Numbered from the stretch's first letter, positions 45,835 through 56,475 are shown. The stretch is 64,000 bases of DNA from Bryobacterales bacterium (GCA_965248235.1 CBDFIU010000002.1:913396-977395); one strand, 5' to 3'. Notes: generated from the sequence alone by a model not told the origin. Translations and numbers: made by a program.

Positions 45835-46176
45835 TTGCAGACTCAAACCTGGAAAAGTGCTTTAACTTTTGGGGGGATGCCGAATACCGAAAAACCAGCG
45901 CAGGGACGACTATACCTGATAGTGCCCAAGGATACGCTTCAGGCAGACCTCGACTCCTTCGTTGGAATGTTGAATCAGGTGCGATCCGACCTCGCGTCGG
46001 TCGCCGCCACGGCGAAGAGCTTGCGCCTTCGGCTGGAGGGCGGCGGCAAGGTCGAGGCGGCGAATCAGACGGTTGCGCTGGTCGAGGTGGATCTCAAGAC
46101 CGGCGATAAGGCTACGCGGCTACTGCTGGACGGGCGAAGAGTAGAGGAGTGGCTGGGAATTGGAGGGCTGGAATGA
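45835..46176 (+). CDS. Hypothetical protein
   Basis: Track ORF only. Confidence 0.35.
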   Translation: MQTQTWKSALTFGGMPNTEKPAQGRLYLIVPKDTLQADLDSFVGMLNQVRSDLASVAATAKSLRLRLEGGGKVEAANQTVALVEVDLKTGDKATRLLLDGRRVEEWLGIGGLE

Positions 46177-46892
46177 AGAGAATTGCGTTGTTGCTTTTCT
46201 GTGCTTCGATGGCGTGGGGCGCGGAGCCCGAAGAGAAAGATTTCGGTTCCATCGACTCCGGCTACACGGTCCCCCACCTCGCGGTCGGGGACGGGGTTTG
46301 GACAACCGAGTTTCGAGTCTTCAGCCTGGAGGACTTTCTTCAGGCGTTCACGATTCGTTTTTTCGACAGCAACGGCGACCCGTTGGAGCTTGACGTTGAC
46401 GTTCCGGGCGGCGCGTCCCTTGGGATGGTGGATACCGTCCTAGGCGGCGTGAAGCCCGGCGGCGTCCTCCGCTTTCAGGCCGGTCCCGCGGGACCGCTCA
46501 AGGTCGGCTACGCGATCCTCGAAACCTCGGAGTTCAGCGGGCTGGGCATCGACGCGGTAATCACCAACGGAGCCAGTTTTCAAACTTCGGTGCCGGGAAT
46601 GCGCCGGTTCCAAAGTCACCTTCGATTTCCGTTTGTCAACTCCGGCGGGTTTGTCAGTTGCATCGCGTGGAAAAGTGATGCGAACCAAGGGGTGACGGTC
46701 ATTGCGCGGGACGGCGACGGAAAAGAGATGTGCCGCGACTCCTCGGAATTAGCCGCTGGTCAACATGGCGCTTTCTGCCTGCTGGACCGGCTGCCGTGCG
46801 TCGCGGATCGGGACGGACTCGTGGAGGTGGTTACGGATTTCGTTGGATTGACGGCGATTTCCCTGACCGCCGATCCGCTGGGCCGGTTGTAG
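46173..46892 (+). CDS. Secreted hypothetical protein
   Basis: Signal peptide MKRIALLLFCASMAWGAEP and a beta-rich body. Confidence 0.55.
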   Translation: MKRIALLLFCASMAWGAEPEEKDFGSIDSGYTVPHLAVGDGVWTTEFRVFSLEDFLQAFTIRFFDSNGDPLELDVDVPGGASLGMVDTVLGGVKPGGVLRFQAGPAGPLKVGYAILETSEFSGLGIDAVITNGASFQTSVPGMRRFQSHLRFPFVNSGGFVSCIAWKSDANQGVTVIARDGDGKEMCRDSSELAAGQHGAFCLLDRLPCVADRDGLVEVVTDFVGLTAISLTADPLGRL

Positions 46893-46934
46893 ACGACGGT
46901 TCCTTACGATCTCTGCTGCTTCGATGTCGAATAG

Positions 46935-47176
46935 CTAAACCCGCGTCTCCCGCAAATACCGAAGCTCTTCGGCGACCTCCTTGAGCTTGTCCGCCACTTC
47001 CTTCTGAGCCGCTTCGCTGCGGTTGTTCTTGTCGCGTAGGTACGCCTGCCAAGCGGCGGTTTCGTCTTCCGCTCGGCTCGATCGAAGCGCGACCGCCAAA
47101 CGATGTATCCCATGAAGGCGGCGAGAAGGGGGAATTCGGCTAGCTCGGTCAACATGTGGAGAACTTCGTTTTCCAT
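46935..47176 (-). pseudogene. Small TM/helical protein, possibly frameshifted
   Basis: The N-terminus MENEVLHMLTELAEFPLLAAFMGYIVW is in one frame. A plausible C-terminus (DETAAWQAYLRDKNNRSEAAQKEVADKLKEVAEELRYLRETRV) is in another. Confidence 0.3.
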
Positions 47177-47505
47177 GGTGTCGTCCGTCAGAACACCTTG
47201 CCCAGAAGCAGCCGTAGCGCATCGCTGGTCTGCTCCGCCGTCAACGCCCCCGTGGTGTCAACAAGCGCCCTCGCCGCCACGTCATCAGGATCCGTCACCT
47301 CCGTCAGACGAGAAGCGGCGGTGAACGTACCCGCGCGCCGATCGTAGACCCATCCGCTCCCGGGTCGCCTGGGTGATCGGTGTAACCTTTGTCACCGAAC
47401 CCGTCCGGCCGAACCCCTTGAGTAGCGACACGGTACGCTGAAAAGCGTGCGCCGGGTAGGGCTCGGCAACGAGGAGATCGCACAAGAATTTTCGGAGGAC
47501 ACAGT

Positions 47506-47805
47506 ATGGTGATGCAACACGTTGTTCTGTTCAAATTCAAACCAACGACCACCGAGGCGGAGATCGACGACGCATTGCAGAACCTGGCCGGCCTCAAGGA
47601 ACTCATTCCGGGAATGGACAGATTCATCGGCGGACCCTATTCGAGTCCCGAAGGCCTCAACCAGGGCTACACCCACGGGTTCATCATGACGTTCGACAGC
47701 GCCGAGGCCCGGGACGTCTATCTGCCTCATCCCGAGCACGAGCGTGTCAAGCGCATCATCGCCCCGCTGGTGGAGTCGGTGATCGCGTTCGACTTCGAGG
47801 CCTAA
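47506..47805 (+). CDS. Dabb (stress-responsive alpha/beta barrel) protein
   Basis: HVVLFKFKP...YTHGFIMTFDSAEARDVYLPHPEH. Confidence 0.8.
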   Translation: MVMQHVVLFKFKPTTTEAEIDDALQNLAGLKELIPGMDRFIGGPYSSPEGLNQGYTHGFIMTFDSAEARDVYLPHPEHERVKRIIAPLVESVIAFDFEA

Positions 47806-47895
47806 CCCTTGGGCAAGCCCGCATGAAGCCCGGCCTCAGCCCGTGGGCTGCGGGCACAGTGTTAACTGTCACGAATGCCATGGCACCACCTTTAG

Positions 47896-48276
47896 ATGAA
47901 TATGCACAGTACGTTACGCATCCGCGTTACGGCCGCCGGCCGGGTTACGGGGCTCAATCCCGCGAGCGATTACCGCGGCGATGTTTTTCTTCATTGGCAC
48001 TCGCCCAAGGAACGTCGTATCCGAAACACGGCGATCGCGGCGAACCTATCCCTGCAAGCTCCCGCGACCATTCCGGTTACGCACTATTTCGACGTGAAGC
48101 GGGAATGCCGTGATTGCGGCAAGCCGTTTATCTTCTTTGCCGAGGAACAACGATTTTGGTACGAAGAGCTCGGATTTCCGCTTGAGTCCGATTGCGTTCG
48201 GTGTGTCCCGTGTCGAAAAGAGCAGCGGGGTGTGGCGCGGACGCGGGAGCGGTACGAAGAGCTATTTCACCTGTGA
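47896..48276 (+). CDS. Zinc-ribbon domain protein
   Basis: CRDCGKPFIFFAEEQRFWYEELGF...CVRCVPCR. Confidence 0.55.
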   Translation: MNMHSTLRIRVTAAGRVTGLNPASDYRGDVFLHWHSPKERRIRNTAIAANLSLQAPATIPVTHYFDVKRECRDCGKPFIFFAEEQRFWYEELGFPLESDCVRCVPCRKEQRGVARTRERYEELFHL

Positions 48277-48589
48277 CGGACCGAAGCGTCGAGCAAAACC
48301 TGGAGATGGCCGACTGTTGTCTCACGCTGATCGAGGAAGCGGTGTTTCATCGACGGCAGCTTGAACGCGGGCGGATGTTGCTCAAGAGCGCGAAACGGGA
48401 ACTCCACCAAGACCCTCAAGAACGGTTGGACGATTTGTGGGCGCGACTGTTGTCGCTCGAGGCGGAAGACAACGGCTGACGGCGGCTCTTGCGAGGCGGC
48501 GTTCGCCGATTATCCTTGAAATACTCGTTTTCTTCCAGTACAATAGGCCGGTGAATGTTTCCGGTCTTGGCTGCTAATTTCAATAAGTA

Positions 48590-49243
48590 ATGAGCGAAAA
48601 CGAAGTTTTTTACATCTTTGCTCTTCGGATGCTGGAGCGACTCGCCGCGGTGATCATCGGTGGAGTATCGATATACCTCGGTTATCGCCTTTTTCAGACG
48701 GTCAAAGCGACCGGAGAGGGTTCCGGTTCGGTGAAACTTCCCGGGGATGTCACCGTAATGGTGAGCCGCGTCGCTCCCGGGGTGTTCTTCGCGTTGTTCG
48801 GCGCGGTTGTTGTCGTGATGTCCTACGCCTTCCCGTTTTACTACGAAGAGCCCGGGCGCGGGGGAGGCCGAAGGATCTCCGGCGTCGGGTCGGAGCCCGA
48901 GTTGGCGTCAGCCGTGTCGAATCCTTCGTCGCCGCCGGATGCGTCGGCGGCTCGGACGGCGGAAGATCTTCTTGCCGACCGCAACCGGGTGCGGAGGCAC
49001 GTCAAATTTCTAAACGAAATGCACGACCGAGTTGCCGGCGGACTGTCGGACGTGCAACGGAAAAGGGCCAAGCAGGAGACGGTCGCGGCGAAATTGCACT
49101 TGATGCGGGGTGTTTGGGGGGACGACTGGGCGGAGTTTGAAAAGTTCCAACCGTGGGCCGAAGACTATGGGTCACCGGACGACTCCCAGGTGTTCCGCGA
49201 CACGGCCGAGTTCTTCACCTTCGGCGCCGAGGAGGATCCATGA
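48590..49243 (+). CDS. Hypothetical membrane protein
   Basis: Two TM segments. ATGA-coupled to the next gene. Confidence 0.55.
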   Translation: MSENEVFYIFALRMLERLAAVIIGGVSIYLGYRLFQTVKATGEGSGSVKLPGDVTVMVSRVAPGVFFALFGAVVVVMSYAFPFYYEEPGRGGGRRISGVGSEPELASAVSNPSSPPDASAARTAEDLLADRNRVRRHVKFLNEMHDRVAGGLSDVQRKRAKQETVAAKLHLMRGVWGDDWAEFEKFQPWAEDYGSPDDSQVFRDTAEFFTFGAEEDP

Positions 49244-50238
49244 TGAGAAAGCTTGCGCTCCTACCCTTGCTCATCCTTCCGGGGTTGCTGATCGCCGCCG
49301 GGGTGCAAGACATGTACTCTCAGGCGGAGTTGAGCGGGGATCAGCAGCGCTACCGCGACCGGATGGACTACCTCTACCAGCAAGGTCTGCGGCCGTTTTT
49401 GAAAGGGGCGGAAAAACCATCTCTGGAGGGAGTGCGGATTGAGATACCGCTCAGGGGCCGGAGTCCCGTGGAGGCCTATGCCGACGGCGGGAGTCGGACC
49501 GTGGTGCTGCCCGCTTCGACCCTGAAATTCATCGAGGATCTCAGCGCTGCGTACGCCTGGCGTTATACAGAGCGCCACAGCCTGGAACCAATTGACGAAT
49601 ATCTCGCGATGCTGAAGCACCGCAAGCCGGAAGATTTTCCCAACGGGAGGGTTCCAGCGCCACAGGCGGCGTTGGGCTTTCCCTCGAAGATTTGGGAGCG
49701 AGGGAAAGAAGTGAGTGATCTCTACCTTGGATTTCGCAATACCGCGTGGGCCTTTATCCTGGCGCACGAGTTGGGGCATCTGCGCTTCCGCCATCCGGGA
49801 AACACCGAGGTTCCGGCGGCCGAGTCGCAGCACAATGAGTTCCAAGCCGACACTTTCGCGGTCGATCTGCTGGGCCGCTCGGACACGATGCCGATGGGCG
49901 CCATTCTGTGGTTTCAGGCGAGCGCGGGCTACTTCAAGAATCGGGCGGACTTTTCCACCGACGCCGGGTACCGAGAATGGGCCCGCGGAGAGGCGACGCA
50001 TCCGGTGAACGCCGACCGGCTCGTTCGCTTCGGCGTCGCGCTGAACAAGGCCGCCGCCGAGACGCTCAATCTTGGCCACGCGAGCAAACTTCGGTTTATA
50101 GCCATGCAAGTCACACAAATGGCGGATATCCTGGCCGAGCCGGACATGCAGCGGCTGATCGCCAGATGCGCGGTCCTCGGCGACCCGAGCGACCTGAAGC
50201 GCGTGGAGGACCGGCCTTGTGACGAGCGCTTACAATAG
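49240..50238 (+). CDS. Secreted HExxH metallopeptidase-like protein
   Basis: RBS GGAGGA, signal peptide MMRKLALLPLLILPGLLIAAG, and the motif FILAHELGHLRFRH. Confidence 0.65.
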   Translation: MMRKLALLPLLILPGLLIAAGVQDMYSQAELSGDQQRYRDRMDYLYQQGLRPFLKGAEKPSLEGVRIEIPLRGRSPVEAYADGGSRTVVLPASTLKFIEDLSAAYAWRYTERHSLEPIDEYLAMLKHRKPEDFPNGRVPAPQAALGFPSKIWERGKEVSDLYLGFRNTAWAFILAHELGHLRFRHPGNTEVPAAESQHNEFQADTFAVDLLGRSDTMPMGAILWFQASAGYFKNRADFSTDAGYREWARGEATHPVNADRLVRFGVALNKAAAETLNLGHASKLRFIAMQVTQMADILAEPDMQRLIARCAVLGDPSDLKRVEDRPCDERLQ

Positions 50239-50327
50239 CTCGACAGACGAGTGCCCGGGGGCCATTCCTTCCATGCTGAAAGCCTTGAGATTGAATGATC
50301 GCGCCGGGGACCCGGGGAGTTCATAAC

Positions 50328-50380
50328 GAACCCCGGTGCCGAACCCCGGTGCCTGTCACCGAACCGAGAACCCCGGTGCC
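50328..50380. repeat. Three copies of GAACCCCGGTGCC at the left flank of the IS110-family element
   Basis: Copies at 50328-50340, 50341-50353 and 50368-50380. Confidence 0.8.
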
Positions 50381-50488
50381 TGTTTTAATGCATAGGTGAG
50401 CCGGCGAAGAGGTCCTCCTGAGAGGGATAAAAAGCTAAGCGCAGCCGCCCAAGGCGGCGCCTTAGAACCCGAACTCAGGAGGACTGAA

Positions 50489-51490
50489 ATGCACTATATC
50501 GGACTCGACGTCCACAAGCAAAGCGTCAGCTACTGCACCAAGACCGCCGCCGGGGAGTTGGTCGAGGAAGGTCGCATCGACGCCACCCGCGAAGCGCTCG
50601 CAAGTTGGGCCCAAACGCAACCGCCCTGGCGCGGGGCGATGGAAGCCACCTTGTTCAGCGGCTGGATCCACGACACGCTCGCGCCCTACGCCGACGACCT
50701 CGCCGTCGGACACCCCGCCGCCATGGAAGCCATCACGCGGGCCAAAAAGAAAAGCGATCGCCTCGATTCCGACAAGCTCGCCGACCTATGCCGCGTCAAC
50801 CTGCTGCCGCGCGTGTGGATGCCGCCGCGCGAGCTGCGCGAATTGCGCCGCCTGCTGCGCTTTCGCCGACGCCTGGTCGAACAAGCGACCTGGTCGAAGA
50901 ACCGCATCGCGACCTTGATGATGGAAATCGGCGAGCCCTACGCCAAGTCCAAACTGCACGGCAAACGCTACTTCTACCGCTTTCTCGATGATCTGAAGGC
51001 AAGCGAAACCGACCTTCTCCTGTTGGCCGCGAGCCGCGACCGTCTGGAGGATTCCGCCGAGCTCGCCCGGCTTGTCGAGAAACGCCTGCTCGAGCATCCG
51101 CTGTTGTGCGAGCGTGTGGCGAGGTTGCAAACGATCCCGGGCGTCGGGGCGATCACGGCGCTCACGTGGGCGGTCGAGATCGGCGACCCGCGGCGCTTTC
51201 GCTCGCTCGATCGCGCGGTGAGCTACTGCGGGCTCTGCGCGCGGCTCAACGAATCGGCGGGCAAGAGCAAACGCGGCCCGCTGTCGAAGCAACGCAACCC
51301 GCATCTGCAACACGTGCTGATCGAAGCCGCCAAGCTTGCGCCGCGCTGGAACGAGCCGTTGGCCGGGTTGTATCAAAGCGAACTCGAGCGCGGACATCGC
51401 AATCGCGCGACGATTCGCGTGGCCCGCAAGCTGGTGGCGATGCTGCTCGCCATCGACCGCCGCCAAAGCGGCTACGAAGCGCGAGACTAG
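50489..51490 (+). CDS. IS110-family DEDD transposase/recombinase
   Basis: RBS AGGAGG. The protein starts MHYIGLDVHKQS (DEDD N-terminal domain) and carries the C-terminal Transposase_20-like LQTIPGVGAITALTWAVEIGDPRRF. Confidence 0.85.
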   Translation: MHYIGLDVHKQSVSYCTKTAAGELVEEGRIDATREALASWAQTQPPWRGAMEATLFSGWIHDTLAPYADDLAVGHPAAMEAITRAKKKSDRLDSDKLADLCRVNLLPRVWMPPRELRELRRLLRFRRRLVEQATWSKNRIATLMMEIGEPYAKSKLHGKRYFYRFLDDLKASETDLLLLAASRDRLEDSAELARLVEKRLLEHPLLCERVARLQTIPGVGAITALTWAVEIGDPRRFRSLDRAVSYCGLCARLNESAGKSKRGPLSKQRNPHLQHVLIEAAKLAPRWNEPLAGLYQSELERGHRNRATIRVARKLVAMLLAIDRRQSGYEARD

Positions 51491-51813
51491 CGACGTAGCG
51501 ATGCGCTGAACGACTTTCCGCCGGGCCTCGGCGTTCGGTGACTCCGTAACGGCTCCGCCGCGGCGGCGCCCGAGACGGCATGGTGACTGTTTCGAGGCCG
51601 GCGGAATCGACTTTGTTGGACCCGAACTGAATCTTCCGCGACGGCGCGCCTTGGCGTGCCCGAGGCGGCTCATGGATGTCTGGTCGCGCCCGAGGCGGGC
51701 GGTGATCGAAGTGAATGCGATTCGGTGACGGGAGTTCGTAGGCGTGGCAAGACGCCACCAATCACGCGGACTCTGATCCGCCAACGCCGGACCTGCGTCG
51801 GGTGACGAGGGCC

Positions 51814-51940
51814 GTCCATCGCCCTCGAAAATCTTCCAATAAGCGGCTGAGCGGAACCCGTCAAGGGTTCGCTTCGCCGCTGCGCGCCCTTGACTGAACC
51901 CGCTCAGCCGCCCAACCCCCCTAATACGAGGGCGATGGAC
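51814..51940 (+). ncRNA. Candidate bridge/seek-RNA-like three-tier hairpin downstream of the IS110-family recombinase
   Basis: Perfect stems of 14, 10 and 8 bp are separated by symmetric internal loops of 15/15 and 7/7 nt (GGAACCC/TGAACCC). Strand and ends are not established. Confidence 0.4.
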
Positions 51941-52152
51941 TCCGAGCGTCGCTCACCCGACCCGAATCGAGAGCGACGATTGCTTCGCCCTTTCTCCATC
52001 ACCCATCCCTCACCAACAGCGGGCTGACTGCGTCCACCCCTTGCGGACACTTGACAGATACCTGTCATGGATGTCACCGAACCGATGTCACCGAGTGCCT
52101 CGCCATTTTGGGACGCGCACCAGCCACTTGCTTCTATGCTACTTTTAGATCG

Positions 52153-54708
52153 GTGATTCAACGATTAAGATGTTGCCTTGCGGCCCCCCTGGCCGTTTTC
52201 TCGGTCCTCGTCGCACTCCCGCTCCTCGGCCAACAATCTTCCGGCGAATCGTTTTCTCCCGAAGCTGTTCGTTTCTTTGAAAGCGATGTTCGGCCGGTTC
52301 TGCTCAACAATTGCGCGAGCTGCCACAACGCCGAGTTGCGTACCAGCGGTCTGTCTGTGGAAAGCCGAGAGGGCATTCTCAAAGGCGGCAACCGCGGTGC
52401 GGCCGTCTCGCCCGGCCTGCCGCGAGAAAGCCGGCTGATTCGGGCCGTCCGCCGGCAGGACGTGTTGAAGATGCCCCCCGCCGCCAAGTTGGCTCCCCGC
52501 GAGATCGCCGCGCTCGCTCGCTGGATCGAAATGGGCCTGCCCTGGCCCACACAGAGCGGGGTGGCCGCCGATCGAAGCCAAGCCGCCGGCCACTGGTCGT
52601 TCCAACCCATCGAACGCCCGGCCAAGCCCCCAGTCTCGGACGCATCTTGGGCGCGCAACCCGATCGACCGCTTTATCCTGGCCCGCCTCGACGAAGAGGG
52701 TGTGAAACCTTCGCCTTCCGCCGAGAAAGTAACTCTCGTCCGCCGCGCCTACATCGACTTGATCGGCCTGCTCCCCAACGCCGACGAAGTCGACGAATTT
52801 CTTGAAGATACGAGTCCGGACGCCTATGAAAAAGTCGTCGACCGCCTGCTCGAATCGCCGCACTACGGCGAACGCTGGGGCCGCCACTGGCTTGACGTCG
52901 CGCGTTACGCCGACTCCAACGGCGACGCCGCCGACGGCGAGCGCAAGATCTGGATGTACCGCGAATGGGTCATTCGCGCCCTCAACCGCGACTTGCCCTT
53001 CGATCAGTTTGTCATCGAGCAAATCGCCGGCGACATGCTCCCCGACGCCGCCGAAGACCAGATCGTCGCGACGGGTTTTCACCGCAACACTTTGTTGAAT
53101 CTCGAAGGCGGCGTCGACTTCGAGCAGTACCGAATCGAAGCCGTCGTGGACCGCGTCGCCACCACAGGCATGACCTTTCTCGGTCTGACGCTGGGTTGCG
53201 CCCGCTGCCACGATCACAAGTTCGACCCGGTGTCGCAGCGGGAGTTCTACAGCTTCTTCGCCTTCTTCGACAGCATCGATGAGCTGAGCGGCGACTTCGA
53301 TGACAAAGAAGGACGCAAGCGCCCCTATGAACCGGTGCTCGAGTTCGGAACGTCCGAGCAGCACGCCCGCCGAAAGGCGCTTCGGGCGCAAATTGCAGTG
53401 ATGCAAGATGAGCTGGACTCATACGAGGAAGGGCTTCTCGCCGAGCAAGCCGCGTGGGAGGCGTCCGTGACCGAGGAGCAGCTCGCCGAGCTTACCCCGG
53501 GAGTTCGCGCCATCCTCAAGCTCCCCGTCGGCGAGCGCCACGAGGAGCAAAACAAGACGTTAAAGCGCGCCTACTTTGCACAGGATCTCGCGCATCAGGA
53601 GCGCAAGAAGGCGATCGCCGCGGTGCGCGAGATCGAACCCGACATCCCCAGTACGCTCGTCATGCGGGAGTTGCCCGAACCCCGCGCGACCCATGTGATG
53701 CTGGGCGGCGAGTTTCTCCAAAAGGGGGTTCGCGTCCGGCCCGGCACCCCCGCGGTGCTGCCCGCGCTGCAAAAGCAAGAGCGATCCACGCGCTTGGATC
53801 TGGCCCGCTGGCTGGTCGGCAAAGACAACCCGCTGACAGCCCGAGTTACCGTCAACCGCATATGGCAACGCTACTTTGGACGCGGCATCGTGGAGACGGA
53901 GAACGATTTCGGCACCCAGGGCTCGCCTCCTTCACATCCCCTGCTGCTCGACTGGCTGGCCTCCGAGTTGATGGCGCGCCACTGGAGCCTCAAGGCGATT
54001 CATCGGACGATCGTGAATTCGGCAACCTATCGGCAGTCATCGCGGTATCGGCCCGCCTCCGCGGCGAAAGACCCGCGCAACCTTCTGCTGGCGCGTCAAA
54101 ACCGGCTCCGCGTCGAGTCGGAGATCGTCCGCGACTTGGCGCTTTCGGCGAGCGGCATGCTGTCCCCGGTCATCGGCGGCCCGAGTGTTTACCCGGCGCA
54201 GCCCCCCGGCGTGATGATCGGCAACCCCTGGCCCGAAAGCGAAGGAGCCGATCGTTACCGCCGCGGCATCTACACCCATTTTTGGCGCAAGAGCCCGCAC
54301 CCCGGCCTGATCGTCTTCGACAGCCCCGATGCCCTGACGACCGCGACCAGCCGCGAGCGGTCCAATACACCACTGCAGGCTCTCACGCTGCTCAACGACA
54401 CCGGCTTCCACGAGTTTGCGCAGGGTCTGGCGAAGCGGGTTCTCAGCGAGCGCCCCGAAGCATCAGACTCCCAGCGAATCGAGCACGCTTTTCGGCTTTG
54501 CCTCACCCGTCCGCCACAACAGGTCGAGAAAGATCGGCTTGAGCGCCTGCTGGTCACGCAACTCGATGACTTCCGAACAAATCCGAGCGAGGCCTTTGAG
54601 ATGCTTACCCTGCCCAACGAGAAGGGAACCGACTTGCCCGAGACAGCCGCCTGGACAATGGTCGCCGCCGTTGTCCTCAATCTCGATGAATTCATCACCC
54701 GGGAGTGA
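52153..54708 (+). CDS. PSCyt2 / DUF1549 / DUF1553 (PSD1) family protein
   Basis: Signal peptide, CASCH heme motif, NPIDRFILARLDEEGV and the C-terminal DUF1553 pattern. A GTG 52153 start was chosen. Confidence 0.8.
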   Translation: MIQRLRCCLAAPLAVFSVLVALPLLGQQSSGESFSPEAVRFFESDVRPVLLNNCASCHNAELRTSGLSVESREGILKGGNRGAAVSPGLPRESRLIRAVRRQDVLKMPPAAKLAPREIAALARWIEMGLPWPTQSGVAADRSQAAGHWSFQPIERPAKPPVSDASWARNPIDRFILARLDEEGVKPSPSAEKVTLVRRAYIDLIGLLPNADEVDEFLEDTSPDAYEKVVDRLLESPHYGERWGRHWLDVARYADSNGDAADGERKIWMYREWVIRALNRDLPFDQFVIEQIAGDMLPDAAEDQIVATGFHRNTLLNLEGGVDFEQYRIEAVVDRVATTGMTFLGLTLGCARCHDHKFDPVSQREFYSFFAFFDSIDELSGDFDDKEGRKRPYEPVLEFGTSEQHARRKALRAQIAVMQDELDSYEEGLLAEQAAWEASVTEEQLAELTPGVRAILKLPVGERHEEQNKTLKRAYFAQDLAHQERKKAIAAVREIEPDIPSTLVMRELPEPRATHVMLGGEFLQKGVRVRPGTPAVLPALQKQERSTRLDLARWLVGKDNPLTARVTVNRIWQRYFGRGIVETENDFGTQGSPPSHPLLLDWLASELMARHWSLKAIHRTIVNSATYRQSSRYRPASAAKDPRNLLLARQNRLRVESEIVRDLALSASGMLSPVIGGPSVYPAQPPGVMIGNPWPESEGADRYRRGIYTHFWRKSPHPGLIVFDSPDALTTATSRERSNTPLQALTLLNDTGFHEFAQGLAKRVLSERPEASDSQRIEHAFRLCLTRPPQQVEKDRLERLLVTQLDDFRTNPSEAFEMLTLPNEKGTDLPETAAWTMVAAVVLNLDEFITRE

Positions 54709-54731
54709 TCCCGAAGCAAAGGCAAAACCGA

Positions 54732-56195
54732 ATGACCCCGCTCAGCCCGCAACTTCTCGACCGCATCGATCGAACCCGGCGTCACTTCTTCGGCCAATGC
54801 TTTGTCGGCCTGGGCAACGTTGCGCTCGCCGGCCTGCTGAGCGACGGCAAGCTCCTGGCCGGCCCCACGCCCGATGTCGACAACCCTCTCGCGCCCAAGC
54901 AACCGCACTTCAGCCCGAAGGTCAAGCGTGTCATTCACTTGTTCATGGCCGGCTCGCCCAGTCAGTTTGAAACCTGGCTTTACCGCCCCAAGCTCACCGA
55001 ACTCGACGGACAGCCTACCCCCAACTCATTCCTCGAAGGCAAGCGCTTTGCCTTTATGGAGAGCTTCACCAAGAACCGACCGAAGCTGCTGGGTCCGCGA
55101 AGAAAATTCAAGCGCCACGGGCAATCCGGTACGTGGGTCTCGGAAATCTTCCCCCACATGGCGACGGTTGCCGACGATCTTGCCGTGGTGCACTCGGTCA
55201 AGACGGAGAACTTCAACCATGCCCCGGCCAAACTTTTCTTCAACACGGGCTCAACGCGTTACGGCCGCCCCAGCTTGGGCGCCTGGCTGAGTTACGGCCT
55301 GGGCAGCGAATCAACGGATCTCCCGGCTTTTGTCGTGCTGCGTTCCGGCGAGCAGGACTTGATGGGCGGCGCCAACCTTTGGGGCAGCGGCTTTCTGCCG
55401 TCGACCTATCAAGGCATCGAGTTTCTGCGCTCCGCCGATCCCATCCCCAACCTTTCTAGTCCCGGCGGCGTGTCGATGAAACGCCAGACTGCCCGCCTCG
55501 ATGCCATTCGCGATTTGAACCTGGCCCGGCTGGCCGATCAACGAGATCCCGAAATCGCCACTCGAATCGCTTCCTATGAGATGGCCTACCGCATGCAAAC
55601 CAGCGGTCCCGAGTTAATGGATTTGGGAACCGAAAGCAAGAAAACGCTCGACCTCTACGGCGCGAGGCCCGGCGCGCAGTCCTTCGCTAATAACTGTTTG
55701 CTGGCCCGTCGCATGATCGAGCGAGGCGTGCGATTCGTGCAGCTGTACCAAACCGGTTGGGACCACCATGGCAACCGCGAAAACAACCTCAACGAAAAGC
55801 TGGACGAGGTGGCGCTGGCGGTCGATCGTCCCTGCGCGGCTCTGATCAAGGACCTCAAGCAGCGAGGTTTGCTCGACGACACCCTCGTCATTTGGGGCGG
55901 CGAATTCGGACGAACGCCGATGGGAGAAGTGCGCGAATCGGTCGGACGAAACCATCACCTCGAAAACTTCCCGATGTGGTTCGCCGGAGGCGGCATCAAG
56001 GCCGGCCAGACCATCGGCGACGTGGACGAGCTGGGCTTCTTCATCACCAAGGACAAAGCGGAAGTCCACGACGTCCAGGCGACCATCCTTCACCTGCTCG
56101 GCCTCGACCACACCAAGCTCACGTTCCGCTACCAAGGGCGCGATTTCCGCCTCACCGACGTCGGGGGCCGCCTCATCGACAAGTTGTTGGCCTGA
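54732..56195 (+). CDS. DUF1501 (sulfatase-like) protein with a Tat signal
   Basis: TRRHFFGQCFVGLGNVALAGLL. It is the usual partner downstream of DUF1553. Confidence 0.8.
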   Translation: MTPLSPQLLDRIDRTRRHFFGQCFVGLGNVALAGLLSDGKLLAGPTPDVDNPLAPKQPHFSPKVKRVIHLFMAGSPSQFETWLYRPKLTELDGQPTPNSFLEGKRFAFMESFTKNRPKLLGPRRKFKRHGQSGTWVSEIFPHMATVADDLAVVHSVKTENFNHAPAKLFFNTGSTRYGRPSLGAWLSYGLGSESTDLPAFVVLRSGEQDLMGGANLWGSGFLPSTYQGIEFLRSADPIPNLSSPGGVSMKRQTARLDAIRDLNLARLADQRDPEIATRIASYEMAYRMQTSGPELMDLGTESKKTLDLYGARPGAQSFANNCLLARRMIERGVRFVQLYQTGWDHHGNRENNLNEKLDEVALAVDRPCAALIKDLKQRGLLDDTLVIWGGEFGRTPMGEVRESVGRNHHLENFPMWFAGGGIKAGQTIGDVDELGFFITKDKAEVHDVQATILHLLGLDHTKLTFRYQGRDFRLTDVGGRLIDKLLA

Positions 56196-56475
56196 GAAGC
56201 GGCATAGGATAGGATGATGGCGCCGCGGAGCTTTTTGCGTCTTGAGGTCACCGATTGTGTGGCGGCCTCCATTCCCGCCGCCAAGATGTTGGAGTCAGAA
56301 CGATTTGTTGGATATCCGCGAAAATCCCTCCGCCGTTAGAGCGGATCCGTCCGGCATAATCAACATGCTCGGGAACGTGAGTGCCGGCGGAGGTCAAGCG
56401 TCGCGGGCATGGACGCAGCGGGCGGCGAACTATCGCGGAGAATCACCCACGAGAAAGGGATGTGGTCTAGAAATC

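Larger units (their letters stand above)
50368..52071 (+). mobile_element. IS110/IS1111-family insertion sequence (approximate limits)
   Basis: A transposase ORF plus a 580-bp non-coding 3' region. A 14-bp direct repeat TGTCACCGAACCGA lies at 50354-50367 and 52072-52085. Confidence 0.55.
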
